From: Schizosaccharomyces osmophilus
Lineage: Eukaryota
NCBI RefSeq assembly: GCF_027921745.1
Contig: NC_079240.1
Location: 1,984,001-2,048,000, forward strand
DNA length: 64,000 nucleotides
Direction of reading: 5' to 3'
In this document: in pieces, positions 10,140 to 21,475 of the stretch
Numbering within the stretch: position 1 is the stretch's first letter
Layout of the letters: each line of letters opens with the position of its first letter
Program-made: the position numbers and the translations under genes
Notes under the pieces: model-generated
What the model was told of the DNA's origin: nothing
The model's database searches: none
Seen by the model: the letters and a program-made list of their open reading frames with translations, nothing else

Positions 10140-13100
10140 TTATTTTATCTCATGAAGCACAGAATGTAATATAGAAGTATCGTTTCCATTAAGTTCAAAA
10201 TCCAGTCCATCTAGCCATTCTAAGCGAGAACAAGATAGAGTAATTGCTTCTGTGTACATTTTCCGGCGGCTCTTTCCTGATTCTGGCATCGTTTTTATAA
10301 ATGCGCTGTCTTTCTCAGCCCACTTTTGTCTTGGATGTCTAAGTGTTCTTTGGGACGATTGGTCAAAATTCTGATGGTACTTAGAAGCAGCAGACAGTTC
10401 ATATACAGGATTGTCAATCATAGGATAAATGTTAAACGTCAAAGGATTCATGCGTAAGTCAAGATGAGTCAACTTTTTCAAGTGGGACAGCGTATCGCAT
10501 ACATTCTTCATCTTGTCAATTCTGTTGCCAACAAGATATAAACGGTGTAATAAAGAAAACCCTCTTAAAGCAGATAATTCACTTATATAATTGTGAGACA
10601 AATCTAAAACTCGCAGGTTCGGCAAACTCTTTGCAAAGTCGGCGGGTAGTTCTGTTATTTGAATATTTGCTAACTCCAAATACTTAATCCCCAATAACAT
10701 ATTATGGGTTTGAAGTACCATAGAGGCATTGTTCGACAAGTACAAATTCCTTATGTCTAAAGGAGGTGTGAAGATATATCTACCAGATTTGAATTCTTGC
10801 GATCGGAAAGAAAAATTAACTAAACGCTTTAGCCGATTAATATTAGGAATGTTCGTAAAGCAGTTGTAATCCATATATAACGTCCGTAAATTTGGGTACT
10901 GATCTACTTCCAGATGTTGAATGGCATTGTTGTTTAGGCGCAAAACGCGTAGATGAATCATCGGTTGGCTAGCTTGCAAGGTTGTAAGTTGATTGCCATC
11001 CAGCTGTAAAACCATTAAATTCTGAAGAGAGCTAATCTCTTCGATGCTTTCTAATGCATTATTGCCCAAAAGTAATTCTTCCAGCCTATTTAAATTAGAG
11101 TTTGTGAACGAGAGTTGCTTAAATCGATTTCCGCGAGCGCTTAATTTGAGAAGTCCATCCAAACGTAATATACCATCAATATTCCACAGTTGGTTGTTAT
11201 CAACGTTTAGTTCACGCAAGTGAATCAAAGGAGAGAGAGCTGTTAGATCTTCTAACTGGTTAGACGATAAATCCAAGTATTGGAGATTTATCAAGTGCGA
11301 AAAAGTAGTAAGACTAGAGAAATGATTGTTGACAGCATTTAAATTCCGAATTGAAGAAGGACATCCAGTTAAGTAGGATAACTCATTACTCTCTATATTA
11401 AGGTCTTCAAGACAAGGACATTGCTCAGAAAGCCCAATCAGAGAATCCAAGTTCCTCCTGCTTATGTCTAGTTGAATAATCCTTCTCCAAAATGGATGGT
11501 AAGGCTCTACATCTTCAAGTAAACGAGTGATAGATTGCTTTGAGACAGAAAAACTGTAATCCTCATCCATTGCCTGGTCGTCATGGGTTTTTTCGGGGGA
11601 AGTAAAGGTAGAGGTTGGACCATCGGCAGGGAAGTCAGAAGAATTGTTGGCAAGCAAATGATTGAAATTGTCATGACTATCATCCTTTGGTAGAAAATCC
11701 TGAAAGGAAAAAGCGATTTGAGAAGGAGTATTGGAAACATCACGAAGAGATAATGATGAATATTTAGGATCTTTACTATTATCTTTCCTCATAGGGTAGG
11801 AGTTTGGCTGCTTTTTCTGAACATTAGGGTGTTTATTCGAAGGAGGACTAGAATCTTGCGCAGCTTTGTAGGAAACAGTCAGATTAGATGAGAATCCGTC
11901 ATCCTCTCCTTCAGAACTGAAATCAAAAGCCATATCAGAGTCATGACCACGACGACGCCAACGGTTGTGTACACGGTCATACTCCATTGACCCTTGAGTC
12001 GTATCGATGCCATCCGGTAAGTCTGCTGGAGTGATTACGACCATGTTTGGATTTTCTGACTGCGCTTTAAAGTCGTGTTGATTATTGCTATCATTTTGTG
12101 TTTTCTGACTGCGTGACTTGAAGGAATCTTTCATACGGTCATCAGAAGAAGCATAGGAAGATCGCTTTTCACTTTTTGTTCCAGCAGACGACTGAACAAG
12201 AGAAGGCGGTGAGTGACTGGAGACAGTTTCTGACTGATTTTGGTGTAAATTCAAAAGTTTTTGCTTCTTTTCTAACTCGCGCAAGTGAAGCTGGTCACTA
12301 AGAGAAGGAAACGGGTTAGAGCTATCATCTTTGCTAAATTCGCTGGCTTCATTTTGTTCCTCTTCCTCTTGAAGACCGCTTAGTTTCCGGGGAAGGAAAA
12401 CGGTGGATTCGTGACTTGAAGGTGGTATTCGACCTCGTAGCTTTGCCATAACTTCTTCTACTTCTTGGTATAAGTCCTTGGTATTGAGCCCGGCTTTCCG
12501 CTCAGTTGTGCGCACAGGCTTAGAGACTCGCCTGGAGCTTGGCAAGGGAAATGAGTCTTCTGCGGAAGACTCGAAAGAGTTTGATTTGACATCCTGAGCA
12601 AGTTGGTTCAAATGTTCACGGGTAAAAGGATCACTAGCGCCCTGAAAAAGTTTTAAGGGAGAAGAGTTACCTTTCTGGACGGATGGTGAGGAAGCCATGG
12701 AAGACGGGGAAGATGATTTTGAGGAATTTGTCACAGAAGGATGTCGCCTCCGGGAGGAAGACCGGGAAGGGTCTTTCTTGGGAGACGAAGAAGATTTCTG
12801 AGAATGAGGTGTAGTAGAATGAGAAACAGTATGGGGTGGAGAGCTTGTGATCGGAGGAGAGCTATTTAAAAAAGTAGGAGACTGTTTTGATTGTGAAGAA
12901 AACGAATGATTGGGAGAAGATTTGGCATGATAGCTTCCTGAAGGTTCAGAGGAGATGGATGGAACTGAAGAGCTTGTAGGGATTGGGTTGGAAGAGGAAT
13001 CTGGTCGCTTTTGGGATGTGCTGGAATGATTCCTTGAACTACCGCCTCCATCAAACAAGTTTTCTAGATCTAGTTTTGCAAAAATATCACGAGCCACTGG

Positions 13101-13325
13101 GTTCTTTGCATTGATCTGTTTCCATTGCGGAATATCTAAAGAAGATTCTGATCCCTTCTTGAAAGTTCCTGGATCGCTGGAAGGAGCGGTAGGTACCTTC
13201 TTGGATGAGTTTGTGTTTGTGGGATTTGGAGAAGACTGAATTTCCTCCTTGGAGTCTAAATTATCGGAACTCGATCTCGGAATCCATTCTTCACTCAAAT
13301 CATGTTCTAGCCACAGTTGTTCCAT
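10140..13325 (-). CDS. cdc11: SIN scaffold / centriolin ortholog with C-terminal leucine-rich repeats
   Basis: Starts MEQLWLEHDLSEEWIP (alternative ATG at 13331); Ser-rich N-terminal half; many LxxLxLxxN repeats. Confidence 0.93.
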   Translation of the reverse strand: MEQLWLEHDLSEEWIPRSSSDNLDSKEEIQSSPNPTNTNSSKKVPTAPSSDPGTFKKGSESSLDIPQWKQINAKNPVARDIFAKLDLENLFDGGGSSRNHSSTSQKRPDSSSNPIPTSSSVPSISSEPSGSYHAKSSPNHSFSSQSKQSPTFLNSSPPITSSPPHTVSHSTTPHSQKSSSSPKKDPSRSSSRRRHPSVTNSSKSSSPSSMASSPSVQKGNSSPLKLFQGASDPFTREHLNQLAQDVKSNSFESSAEDSFPLPSSRRVSKPVRTTERKAGLNTKDLYQEVEEVMAKLRGRIPPSSHESTVFLPRKLSGLQEEEEQNEASEFSKDDSSNPFPSLSDQLHLRELEKKQKLLNLHQNQSETVSSHSPPSLVQSSAGTKSEKRSSYASSDDRMKDSFKSRSQKTQNDSNNQHDFKAQSENPNMVVITPADLPDGIDTTQGSMEYDRVHNRWRRRGHDSDMAFDFSSEGEDDGFSSNLTVSYKAAQDSSPPSNKHPNVQKKQPNSYPMRKDNSKDPKYSSLSLRDVSNTPSQIAFSFQDFLPKDDSHDNFNHLLANNSSDFPADGPTSTFTSPEKTHDDQAMDEDYSFSVSKQSITRLLEDVEPYHPFWRRIIQLDISRRNLDSLIGLSEQCPCLEDLNIESNELSYLTGCPSSIRNLNAVNNHFSSLTTFSHLINLQYLDLSSNQLEDLTALSPLIHLRELNVDNNQLWNIDGILRLDGLLKLSARGNRFKQLSFTNSNLNRLEELLLGNNALESIEEISSLQNLMVLQLDGNQLTTLQASQPMIHLRVLRLNNNAIQHLEVDQYPNLRTLYMDYNCFTNIPNINRLKRLVNFSFRSQEFKSGRYIFTPPLDIRNLYLSNNASMVLQTHNMLLGIKYLELANIQITELPADFAKSLPNLRVLDLSHNYISELSALRGFSLLHRLYLVGNRIDKMKNVCDTLSHLKKLTHLDLRMNPLTFNIYPMIDNPVYELSAASKYHQNFDQSSQRTLRHPRQKWAEKDSAFIKTMPESGKSRRKMYTEAITLSCSRLEWLDGLDFELNGNDTSILHSVLHEIK

Positions 13326-13368
13326 GTTCATTTAAGCTACTCTCATGTCTTCTTTATGCCGTTTCGTG

Positions 13369-13523
13369 TTTGTTTACGTTTCAGCTGGCATGCCTTTTGG
13401 TTAGTACGGAATAACGTGGTCGACCGTCCTTCCTACCAATATCTTTTCGGTCCTTAACTGATTTTTCGTACAATACCAAACATCACTACTCATTCTTCAT
13501 ATCTTGAATGCCGATTTGTTTAC
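13369..13523 (-). promoter_or_regulatory. Two forkhead/FLEX motifs GTAAACAAA upstream of cdc11
   Basis: TTTGTTTAC at 13369-13377 and 13515-13523. Confidence 0.5.
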
Positions 13524-14806
13524 AAAGAAACCGGGTGGGATATTGTAATAAAAAAATTCCTTTAGTATGAGCGTATTCGAAAACAATTGATTGATTTGTA
13601 TAATATATGGGTTTTTAAATTTAAAAATGGATTCGAAAAGAACATAAAGGGTCTATAGTTTAAAAAAAGAACTTATGACTCACTATAAAATATTCATTAT
13701 TTACTGATTTTTAATTTCTGTGATTTGCTTCCTTTATAAAATAATTTTTCCTTATTCATTCACTCACTCGTTCTTTTCTGGTTAGGTCTGTCTGTGTGTC
13801 TTGCTCTCTTTTTTTATTTTTATTTGTTTATTGTTTGTTTATTGTTTCTTTTTTTTTACCAGGAACAAATATGTTACTTAGTAATCTGCTACCATACAAG
13901 GCATTACTAGCTGTGCTGGTGACATAGCGTTACTTGATAGAGTATCAAAGGTAAATAAAGGAACAACTGAAATAGGCATTGCAGGCATTGCTGTTTAGTT
14001 TCCAAATTTTCATTGTTTCGTCTACCGATGAATCAGCCAAAGAATAGCGAGTTGAGTTTCGCTGTACGTATCGTCCATCGAACTTGAAGCGTTCAAGATC
14101 TGTAACGTTACCACAATCCGTCTTTTTTCACGGAATTCAAGAGTAATTATTTGCCCTACCAATGTGATGATTGAATTATGTATTACTGCTAAATGGCATG
14201 AAGTTACCATATTGTTTTCATAAACATATAATTGAATATATACTCTTGCTCATTCATATAGCAAAAAATAATGATTGGCGGTAAAAGAGCCAAGACAATC
14301 GTTACATTCCATTAACAAACAAATTTCTACCAAAAATTTTGACTAGAGAAAAATTTATGAGAAGGGAAAGTTTACAAGAACTGAAGAATTTCTTTTTTAA
14401 TGAAGAAATCCAACTGTTCCTCAAAGAAATTCGTCGATTTTGGCCTCCAGGTACAAAAGCATCCTGTTACACATTACTAAGACACTTTCTAGACTTGCTG
14501 ACTTTACATATATTTGTAATGCGAATAACATTGGATCCTTATAAATAAAATTTATAATTTTATAATTTTTCATCTTAAATCTTTCTATTGGTATCTATCC
14601 ATGCACTATCGAATGAACAGAACGAAGTATTTATATCCCTCGTCAGATCTCACTTGACTTCACTAACCTATCTAGACTGACAGTAAAATCCTACTACTTA
14701 CGTATCCTTAGCCTACAACAAGCATTTGAAGAAAACAAAATATTCCTAAAGGAAGCAATAAAACGAAGAACAATATATTTCTTAAAAAGAAAAAAATCGT
14801 TTCAAC

Positions 14807-15724
14807 ATGGCGGATTTAGATGAATGGATTGCAACGGTTCGAAAATGTAAATACTTACCAGAACACCAGTTAAAACGCTTGTGTGAAATGGTGAAGGAAA
14901 TATTAATGGAGGAATCAAATATCCAACCTGTTAGAACTCCCGTTACCGTCTGCGGAGACATACACGGACAATTTTACGACCTTTTAGAACTATTCCGTGT
15001 CAGTGGAGAACTTCCGTCAACTAATTACATTTTTATGGGCGATTTTGTAGACCGCGGTTATTTTAGTTTGGAAACCTTTACATTGTTTATGTTATTAAAG
15101 GCCAGATATCCTGATAAAATTACACTACTCCGCGGAAATCACGAAAGTAGGCAGATCACACAGGTTTATGGATTTTATGACGAGTGTCAAACAAAGTACG
15201 GTAATGCAAATGTTTGGAAATATTGTTGCCAGGTATTTGACTTTTTGACTCTGGCTGCTATCATTGACAACAAAATTCTGTGTGTGCACGGTGGCTTATC
15301 CCCCGAAGTCCGTACATTAGATCAAATCCGCATTTTGGCTCGCGCTCAAGAAATTCCTCATGAAGGTTCATTTTGCGATCTCATGTGGTCGGATCCCGAA
15401 GACATTGAATCTTGGACCGTATCGCCCCGTGGTGCTGGCTGGCTGTTTGGTTCAAAAGTCACTGGCGAATTTAGTCACATAAATGATCTGAAGCTGATTG
15501 CTAGGGCGCACCAGCTTGTTCAAGAAGGATACAAGTATCATTTCGATGAAAAAAATTTGGTCACTGTTTGGAGTGCTCCCAACTATTGCTATCGGTGCGG
15601 TAATGTTGCGAGTGTTATGAAAGTAGATGAATCTTTAGAACCCGATTTTCGCATATTTTCTGCTGTACCCGATGAAGAAAGGACTGTTCCCCCAAGCCGG
15701 AAAAGAAGTGAATATTTTATTTAG
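14807..15724 (+). CDS. ppe1: PP6/Sit4-type Ser/Thr phosphatase catalytic subunit
   Basis: [38 protein letters not shown] motifs; C-terminal YFI. Confidence 0.96.
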   Translation: MADLDEWIATVRKCKYLPEHQLKRLCEMVKEILMEESNIQPVRTPVTVCGDIHGQFYDLLELFRVSGELPSTNYIFMGDFVDRGYFSLETFTLFMLLKARYPDKITLLRGNHESRQITQVYGFYDECQTKYGNANVWKYCCQVFDFLTLAAIIDNKILCVHGGLSPEVRTLDQIRILARAQEIPHEGSFCDLMWSDPEDIESWTVSPRGAGWLFGSKVTGEFSHINDLKLIARAHQLVQEGYKYHFDEKNLVTVWSAPNYCYRCGNVASVMKVDESLEPDFRIFSAVPDEERTVPPSRKRSEYFI

Positions 15725-17694
15725 GACAGATGCATTGCTTTGGATTTCTTGTGATGTTTAGGTTGTTTTTTCATTTTAATATGGTTAATCATCGTTTCAT
15801 CTTCTCTGATGGGCTATTTTTTCATATTCGTTTCTGGCTCTTCTTTTTTCCCTTTGTCTCTTCTCTTATGCTTGTCCTTCTACTCCCATTAATCTACCGT
15901 CGATTATATAATATTAAAGACGTCTAATTATAAGAATGTCGAAGCATCTTCCTCCGTCTTTTCTTTGGTCTTTTAAAAGCGACTGCATTTTCCTCAGCTA
16001 TACTATGTACTTTTTGCTCAATTCAATGAAATTTCCATTGATATATAGATCCATTTGTGCATGGACAAAACCGAAAAGGGGTTTTTTTTATTTTTTTTTG
16101 AGGAGGAAAAGACGAATGTTTTAGAAGGTGTATGAAAGAATCCAGAAAGTTTTGATGTATATTTTGACAGCCCGTGAATGGTGAGGAGGTTTTAACTATG
16201 AGCACACGGTAAATCTCTTGGAAATCTGTGTAAAATGATTTAAGAGTGACACACGTATAGTATGCGAAGAGCATTAATACTTTCTTAAGGAAAAGCAACC
16301 AAATCGTGCTTGAGAAGCTTGAAAGCAATGCACATTGAAAGATATGTGATTTCTATGCTTGGTAACGTTGCCAATCTTGTAGTTTTGGTCCTTGCATTTC
16401 GGCTTCCTATGGCTGCATTTGCCAATAATACTTTTCTATGAGTATGTTGGTACAGTTGCTGCATTCTCCAACGGTTTGCCAAATAAAATTTGCGATGATG
16501 TTCAGCGGCGCCGGATTTATGACGGTGCTAAAAATGAGCTATCGGCTTTGGGAAAAAGTACAGTCATTGCTAGAAAAAAAAAAACATGGAATGAAATGAA
16601 TTCGAAGCTTCGGAGAATGTGCGATACGAGAGCAATGTTTGAATAAAGTGGTTTATGTTTACAATGATGAATGAAGATGAAAGATGAGAGCTGAATTCAC
16701 GACCCTAGTGGGAAAGCTAAGGGTAGAAGAAGTATGGAAGCATTTTTGGTTTCATTTGAAGCCAAAAGGTAAAATAAACTGTTGAATAGATGGTTACTAT
16801 TCAATACCTGGGTTGTCGTCAAGAGAACAACTATAAGGATCTTTTATGAAATTGTGTTTTGTCCTTTTACCTAGCTTGAATGAGATGAGATTGTGCACGA
16901 GTTTGCTTGATTTTTATATTTGAGCGGCATGACTTGTTACAAAGCATGCCCGTTCATGAACCAAGTTTTGGTATATCTGCCCTATGCAGATCGCTTTTCG
17001 TTGATCTAGTTGATTTCACGAAAGGAAAAGTAATACCTTTCTTGCAACCCTTCGTCTTTGGACTAACTGGATGATTAAATTAACCCGCAGAAAGGGTTAT
17101 AGAAGTAGAAGAAGATCTTTGGTAACGAATGAGTGGACTCTGGATAGCGGAATAGATCATCTACGTTCCCTTCCCACTTGGCAAGAAGGTTGAGCTGTTT
17201 GCAGGATAAAAAACATTTCTCGATTAGACACATTTCGTCTATGGGTCTTGCTGCCGATGGAGAGAAAGAGAAACTAGCGAATGAACAAACCAGCAATTGT
17301 TAGAATTTCAAATAAAATAAAATAATATAATGAATTTATACATTCAAGCGGAACAGACATGCTTCCTTTCATGTAGTTTAAAAGCTAGCTCGTCATTCGA
17401 GATATATTATGCTTGCCAAGAAAGCGCCAAATTGATTTGATATTTAGTACATCTTTACACATCCTGCTTCCCCAAACAAAGTCTCTCAACAGTCGCCATG
17501 CTACGATACCATAAAGATTATAATCCTTACTGCTTTGCTCTCCACATCTACCGATAGCAATACAAAGTATGCCTCGTTCAATCCCTTTACCGCACTACTG
17601 TAACCGATCGTAAGCACTTTACCGCACTTGAGCTTATCATTCTCTGTCTTTGTTCGCAAAGCTTCTTTAAGTTACGTTGTGCTTCCAAGAACAG

Positions 17695-17789
17695 TGACGT
17701 TGCCACTGGAAAGATTCCACTCGCTTCTACTACTTCTTTCAGCACTTATTTTTTTCAACAGGGTAAGGGTTTTTCGAAACTTCCAGAAT
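17695..17789 (+). promoter_or_regulatory. Heat-shock element and CRE site in the Hsp70 promoter
   Basis: GAAacTTCcaGAA (three alternating nGAAn units) at 17776-17788; TGACGT at 17695-17700; 200-300 nt upstream of the ATG. Confidence 0.75.
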
Positions 17790-17995
17790 TGAATCTTAGA
17801 AATAAATAGCTTGGTGTTCCCCGCTACACTACAACTGTTATCCTTTACTTTGCATTATTAAAATTAACGATTATTGTCGTTTATCCCCTGTACTGAATAA
17901 CGAAATATTTGCATCAAGGATACAATAAAGTATTTTATATCCTCAACTGTCTTTAGATTTTTTTTATTTAACGATCTTTAAATTCTCATCAAAAA

Positions 17996-19930
17996 ATGAG
18001 CAAAGCTATTGGTATTGATTTGGGTACTACCTACTCTTGTGTTGGTCAATTCTCCAACAACCGTGTCGAAATTATCGCCAACGACCAAGGTAACCGTACC
18101 ACTCCCTCCTATGTTGGTTTCACCGACACTGAGCGTCTTATCGGTGACGCCGCCAAGAACCAAACTGCTATGAACCCTCACAACACCGTCTTCGACGCTA
18201 AGCGTTTGATCGGTCGTAACTTTGAGGATGCTGAGGTTCAATCCGATATGAAGCACTGGCCTTTCAAGGTCATCCCCAAGAACGGCAAGCCCGTTTTGGA
18301 GGTTGAATTCAAGGGTGAGAAGAAGGTCTTCACTCCTGAAGAAATCTCCTCTATGGTCTTGATGAAGATGCGTGAAACTGCCGAAGCTTACTTGGGTGGT
18401 AAGGTTTCTGACGCTGTCGTTACCGTCCCTGCCTACTTCAACGACTCTCAACGTCAAGCCACCAAGGACGCTGGTACCATTGCTGGTATGAACGTCTTGC
18501 GTATCATCAACGAACCCACTGCCGCTGCCATTGCCTACGGTTTGGACCGCAACACCACTGGTGAATCTAACGTCTTGATTTTCGATCTTGGTGGTGGTAC
18601 CTTCGATGTTTCTCTTTTGACCATCGAAGAAGGTATCTTCGAAGTCAAGTCCACTGCTGGTGACACTCACTTGGGTGGTGAAGACTTTGACTCTCGCTTG
18701 GTTAACCACTTTATCCAAGAGTTCAAGCGTAAGAACAAGAAGGACATTACTGGTAACGCTCGTGCTGTCCGTCGTCTCCGTACTGCTTGCGAACGTGCTA
18801 AGCGTACTCTTTCTTCTTCTGCTCAAGCTAGCATTGAGATCGACTCCATGTACGAGGGTATTGACTTCTACACCTCTATCACTCGTGCTCGTTTCGAGGA
18901 ACTTTGCGCTGACCTCTTCCGTAACACTATGGAACCCGTCGAACGTGTCCTCCGTGATGCCAAGGCCGACAAGTCCTCTGTTCACGAAATTGTATTGGTT
19001 GGTGGTTCTACTCGTATCCCCCGTATCCAAAAGCTTGTTTCTGACTTCTTCAACGGTAAGGAGCCTTGCAAGTCTATCAACCCTGATGAGGCTGTTGCTT
19101 ACGGTGCTGCTGTCCAAGCTGCCGTCTTGACTGGTGATACCTCCGAAAAGACTCAAGACCTCTTGTTGTTGGATGTTGCCCCTCTTTCTATGGGTATCGA
19201 AACTGCTGGTGGTGTCATGACTGCTCTTATCAAGCGTAACACTACCATTCCTACCAAGAAGTCCGAAGTCTTCTCTACTTACTCTGACAACCAACCCGGT
19301 GTCTTGATTCAAGTCTACGAAGGTGAGCGTGCTCGTACCAAGGACTGCAACTTGCTCGGTAAGTTCGAACTCTCTGGTATTCCTCCTGCCCCTCGTGGTG
19401 TTCCTCAAATCGAAGTTACCTTCGATGTTGACGCCAACGGTATCTTGAACGTGTCCGCCCTCGAGAAGGGTACTGGTAAGACTCAAAAGATTACCATCAC
19501 CAACGACAAGGGTCGTCTCTCTAAGGAAGAAATTGACCGCATGGTTGCTGATGCCGAGAAGTACAAGGCTGAAGATGAAGCTGAAGCTGCTCGTATTCAA
19601 GCCAAGAACCACTTTGAATCCTATGCCTACTCTTTGCGTAACTCCATGGATGACCCCAACTTGAAGGACAAGGTTGAGGCCTCTGACAAGGAAACCATTG
19701 ACAAGGCTGTCAAGGAGAGCATCGAATGGCTCGACAACAACACCACTGCTGCTAAGGACGAATACGAGTCCAAGCAAAAGGAATTGGAAGGTGTTGCCAA
19801 CCCCATCATGGCCAAGGTTTACCAAGCTGGTGGTGCTCCTGAAGGCGCTGCTCCCGGTGCCGCTCCTGAGGGTGCTCCTGGTGCTGCCCCTGGCGGTGAG
19901 CAAGGTCCCGAAGTTGAGGAAGTTGATTAA
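17996..19930 (+). CDS. ssa2: Cytosolic Hsp70
   Basis: [22 protein letters not shown]-terminal GPEVEEVD; strong codon bias. ssa2 rather than ssa1 is assigned from its position between ppe1 and npp106. Confidence 0.96.
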   Translation: MSKAIGIDLGTTYSCVGQFSNNRVEIIANDQGNRTTPSYVGFTDTERLIGDAAKNQTAMNPHNTVFDAKRLIGRNFEDAEVQSDMKHWPFKVIPKNGKPVLEVEFKGEKKVFTPEEISSMVLMKMRETAEAYLGGKVSDAVVTVPAYFNDSQRQATKDAGTIAGMNVLRIINEPTAAAIAYGLDRNTTGESNVLIFDLGGGTFDVSLLTIEEGIFEVKSTAGDTHLGGEDFDSRLVNHFIQEFKRKNKKDITGNARAVRRLRTACERAKRTLSSSAQASIEIDSMYEGIDFYTSITRARFEELCADLFRNTMEPVERVLRDAKADKSSVHEIVLVGGSTRIPRIQKLVSDFFNGKEPCKSINPDEAVAYGAAVQAAVLTGDTSEKTQDLLLLDVAPLSMGIETAGGVMTALIKRNTTIPTKKSEVFSTYSDNQPGVLIQVYEGERARTKDCNLLGKFELSGIPPAPRGVPQIEVTFDVDANGILNVSALEKGTGKTQKITITNDKGRLSKEEIDRMVADAEKYKAEDEAEAARIQAKNHFESYAYSLRNSMDDPNLKDKVEASDKETIDKAVKESIEWLDNNTTAAKDEYESKQKELEGVANPIMAKVYQAGGAPEGAAPGAAPEGAPGAAPGGEQGPEVEEVD

Positions 19931-20072
19931 ACTTTCAAAAAATAATCTGTTAATAGGCGGTTTGTTGTTTTTATTTGTAAATTTTGTTACACGATGTTTA
20001 ATATCTAATAGACATGATTAACGATCACTTGTTTAAAATTGAATAAATTGATTTGCAAGGGGAAATTTTGTA

Positions 20073-20077
<5 letters not shown>

Positions 20078-20104
<27 letters not shown>

Positions 20105-20105
20105 G
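20078..20105 (+). repeat. (GTA)9 microsatellite
   Basis: Directly visible trinucleotide run downstream of ssa2. Confidence 0.9.
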
Positions 20106-20360
20106 CAGGAGGGATAGTGGCAACATGATGAAAAATTTGTAGGTGCTGAAGTTTAGTGGAATTAAAAAACAACACGAAGATGAAGAAACGCTTGTGTACT
20201 TCGGGGTTTAATTATATTTCTTCTTGAATGTAAATAAGCGCGAGAGTTGCGATTTAGGGTTGAAGTCAGAGGTACGCAATAGAGGAAAGACCGAGAAAGG
20301 TAAGGCGCATTTTCAACTAGGAAAGCAAAGCTATTAAATGAATGAACATCTATAGTAGAT

Positions 20361-21128
20361 ATGAAGCAATTTAATGGAATTGAGACGGAAGCCTTTATGA
20401 ATAAGGCGCAGAAAGTCGACAGACCGCCTCTTGGATTTTCGGCTTCCGATCCACTGGAGCGAGACTGGTTTTTGGGTCTAGAAGATAAGCCAGAAAAAAA
20501 GAACGGGAATAACGAAAGTGGCCCAAGTGCCAGTGCTGGCTCCTCTCTTGCCAAGCAATATTCTGGTGCTGAAATTGCAGATCGATTAAGTGAGAGAAGA
20601 AATGAATCCAAAAAATTTAATGAGAGAAAAAGAGAAACGAAATCCAGGCTATCAGAAGCTGAAGAGTATAATGTTTTGCGACGGCATCGAAACCCAAGTC
20701 GAAAGAAACTATTGATGAAAGCATTCTTGCTATCTTTATATACCCCAGGGCATATCGGTATTGTGAGTTTAATTTTACAGTACCTGCAATGTACTAAGGG
20801 CTATTTTCTCCTATTTTTTATTATCTCTTTGATTGTTGGAATTGCTCGTTTTTATACTCAGTACCGTATGTGCTTGAATAGAAATCAAAAGGGTTGCTAA
20901 CGAAATTTAGAGATGCTCGAAGGCGAGTTCTGGGAAGAGGCGGCGAAGGAAAATCCAAATATTGGTAAGTAAAGGGCAGAGAAATAAGATAGTATGCGGG
21001 TACTCGTTTTACTAAACAAGGAAATAGCAAAACTGGTTGATCTTGGAGGGATTGAAGCGCTTGGCCAAAGTGGTTCGCGATCTGATATACCGAAACGTCA
21101 GACGCTTCTTGAAAAAAAGAATGATTGA
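20361..21128 (+). CDS. Unrecognised lineage-specific two-TM protein, 3 exons (20361-20865, 20911-20964, 21028-21128), about 219 aa
   Basis: ATG ORF with a charged N-terminus and two hydrophobic segments. Introns GTATGT..GCTAAC..TAG and GTAAGT..TAG keep frame and end in KKND*. An alternative AAG acceptor at 21020 would give a shorter C-terminus. Confidence 0.65.
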
Positions 21129-21475
21129 CAGTTTCTTCAAAGGCTTAATTGCAACGGCAGTAAGATATAGATATATTTAAACTGGGTTTGTTGCATCTGC
21201 CACGGCTTTCATGTTCATGAACAAGCAGATAAAGAAGAGAACAGTTTAGATAAAAAAAAAAACAAAATGGGATACCAATAGAAAAGCGGAATCTCTTTAC
21301 TTTTTCTTTGGTTTCCACAAATCATGAATTTATTTATTACTGCACCATCTATAATAGCGTTATAACATATACAGAAATGGTGCACTGCACTATAGGAAGG
21401 TGATTGGAAATGTTAATTTAAGTCTTTAGTTATGCTATACTTGACCTTTACCATTTTTGTAAATAAATCCATGTA

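Noticed and set aside
19830..19900. GGTGCTGCTCCT-like tandem repeats at the end of ssa2
   Set aside because: Encode the usual Gly/Ala/Pro linker before EEVD in cytosolic Hsp70.
17978..19903. 641-aa antisense ORF covering ssa2
   Set aside because: Well-known Hsp70 antisense-frame effect: strong codon bias avoids TTA/CTA/TCA, so the mirror frame has no stops. It has a non-ATG start and no independent support.
20162..20611. 149-aa minus-strand ORF
   Set aside because: Largely antisense to the better-supported spliced plus-strand model; no motifs.
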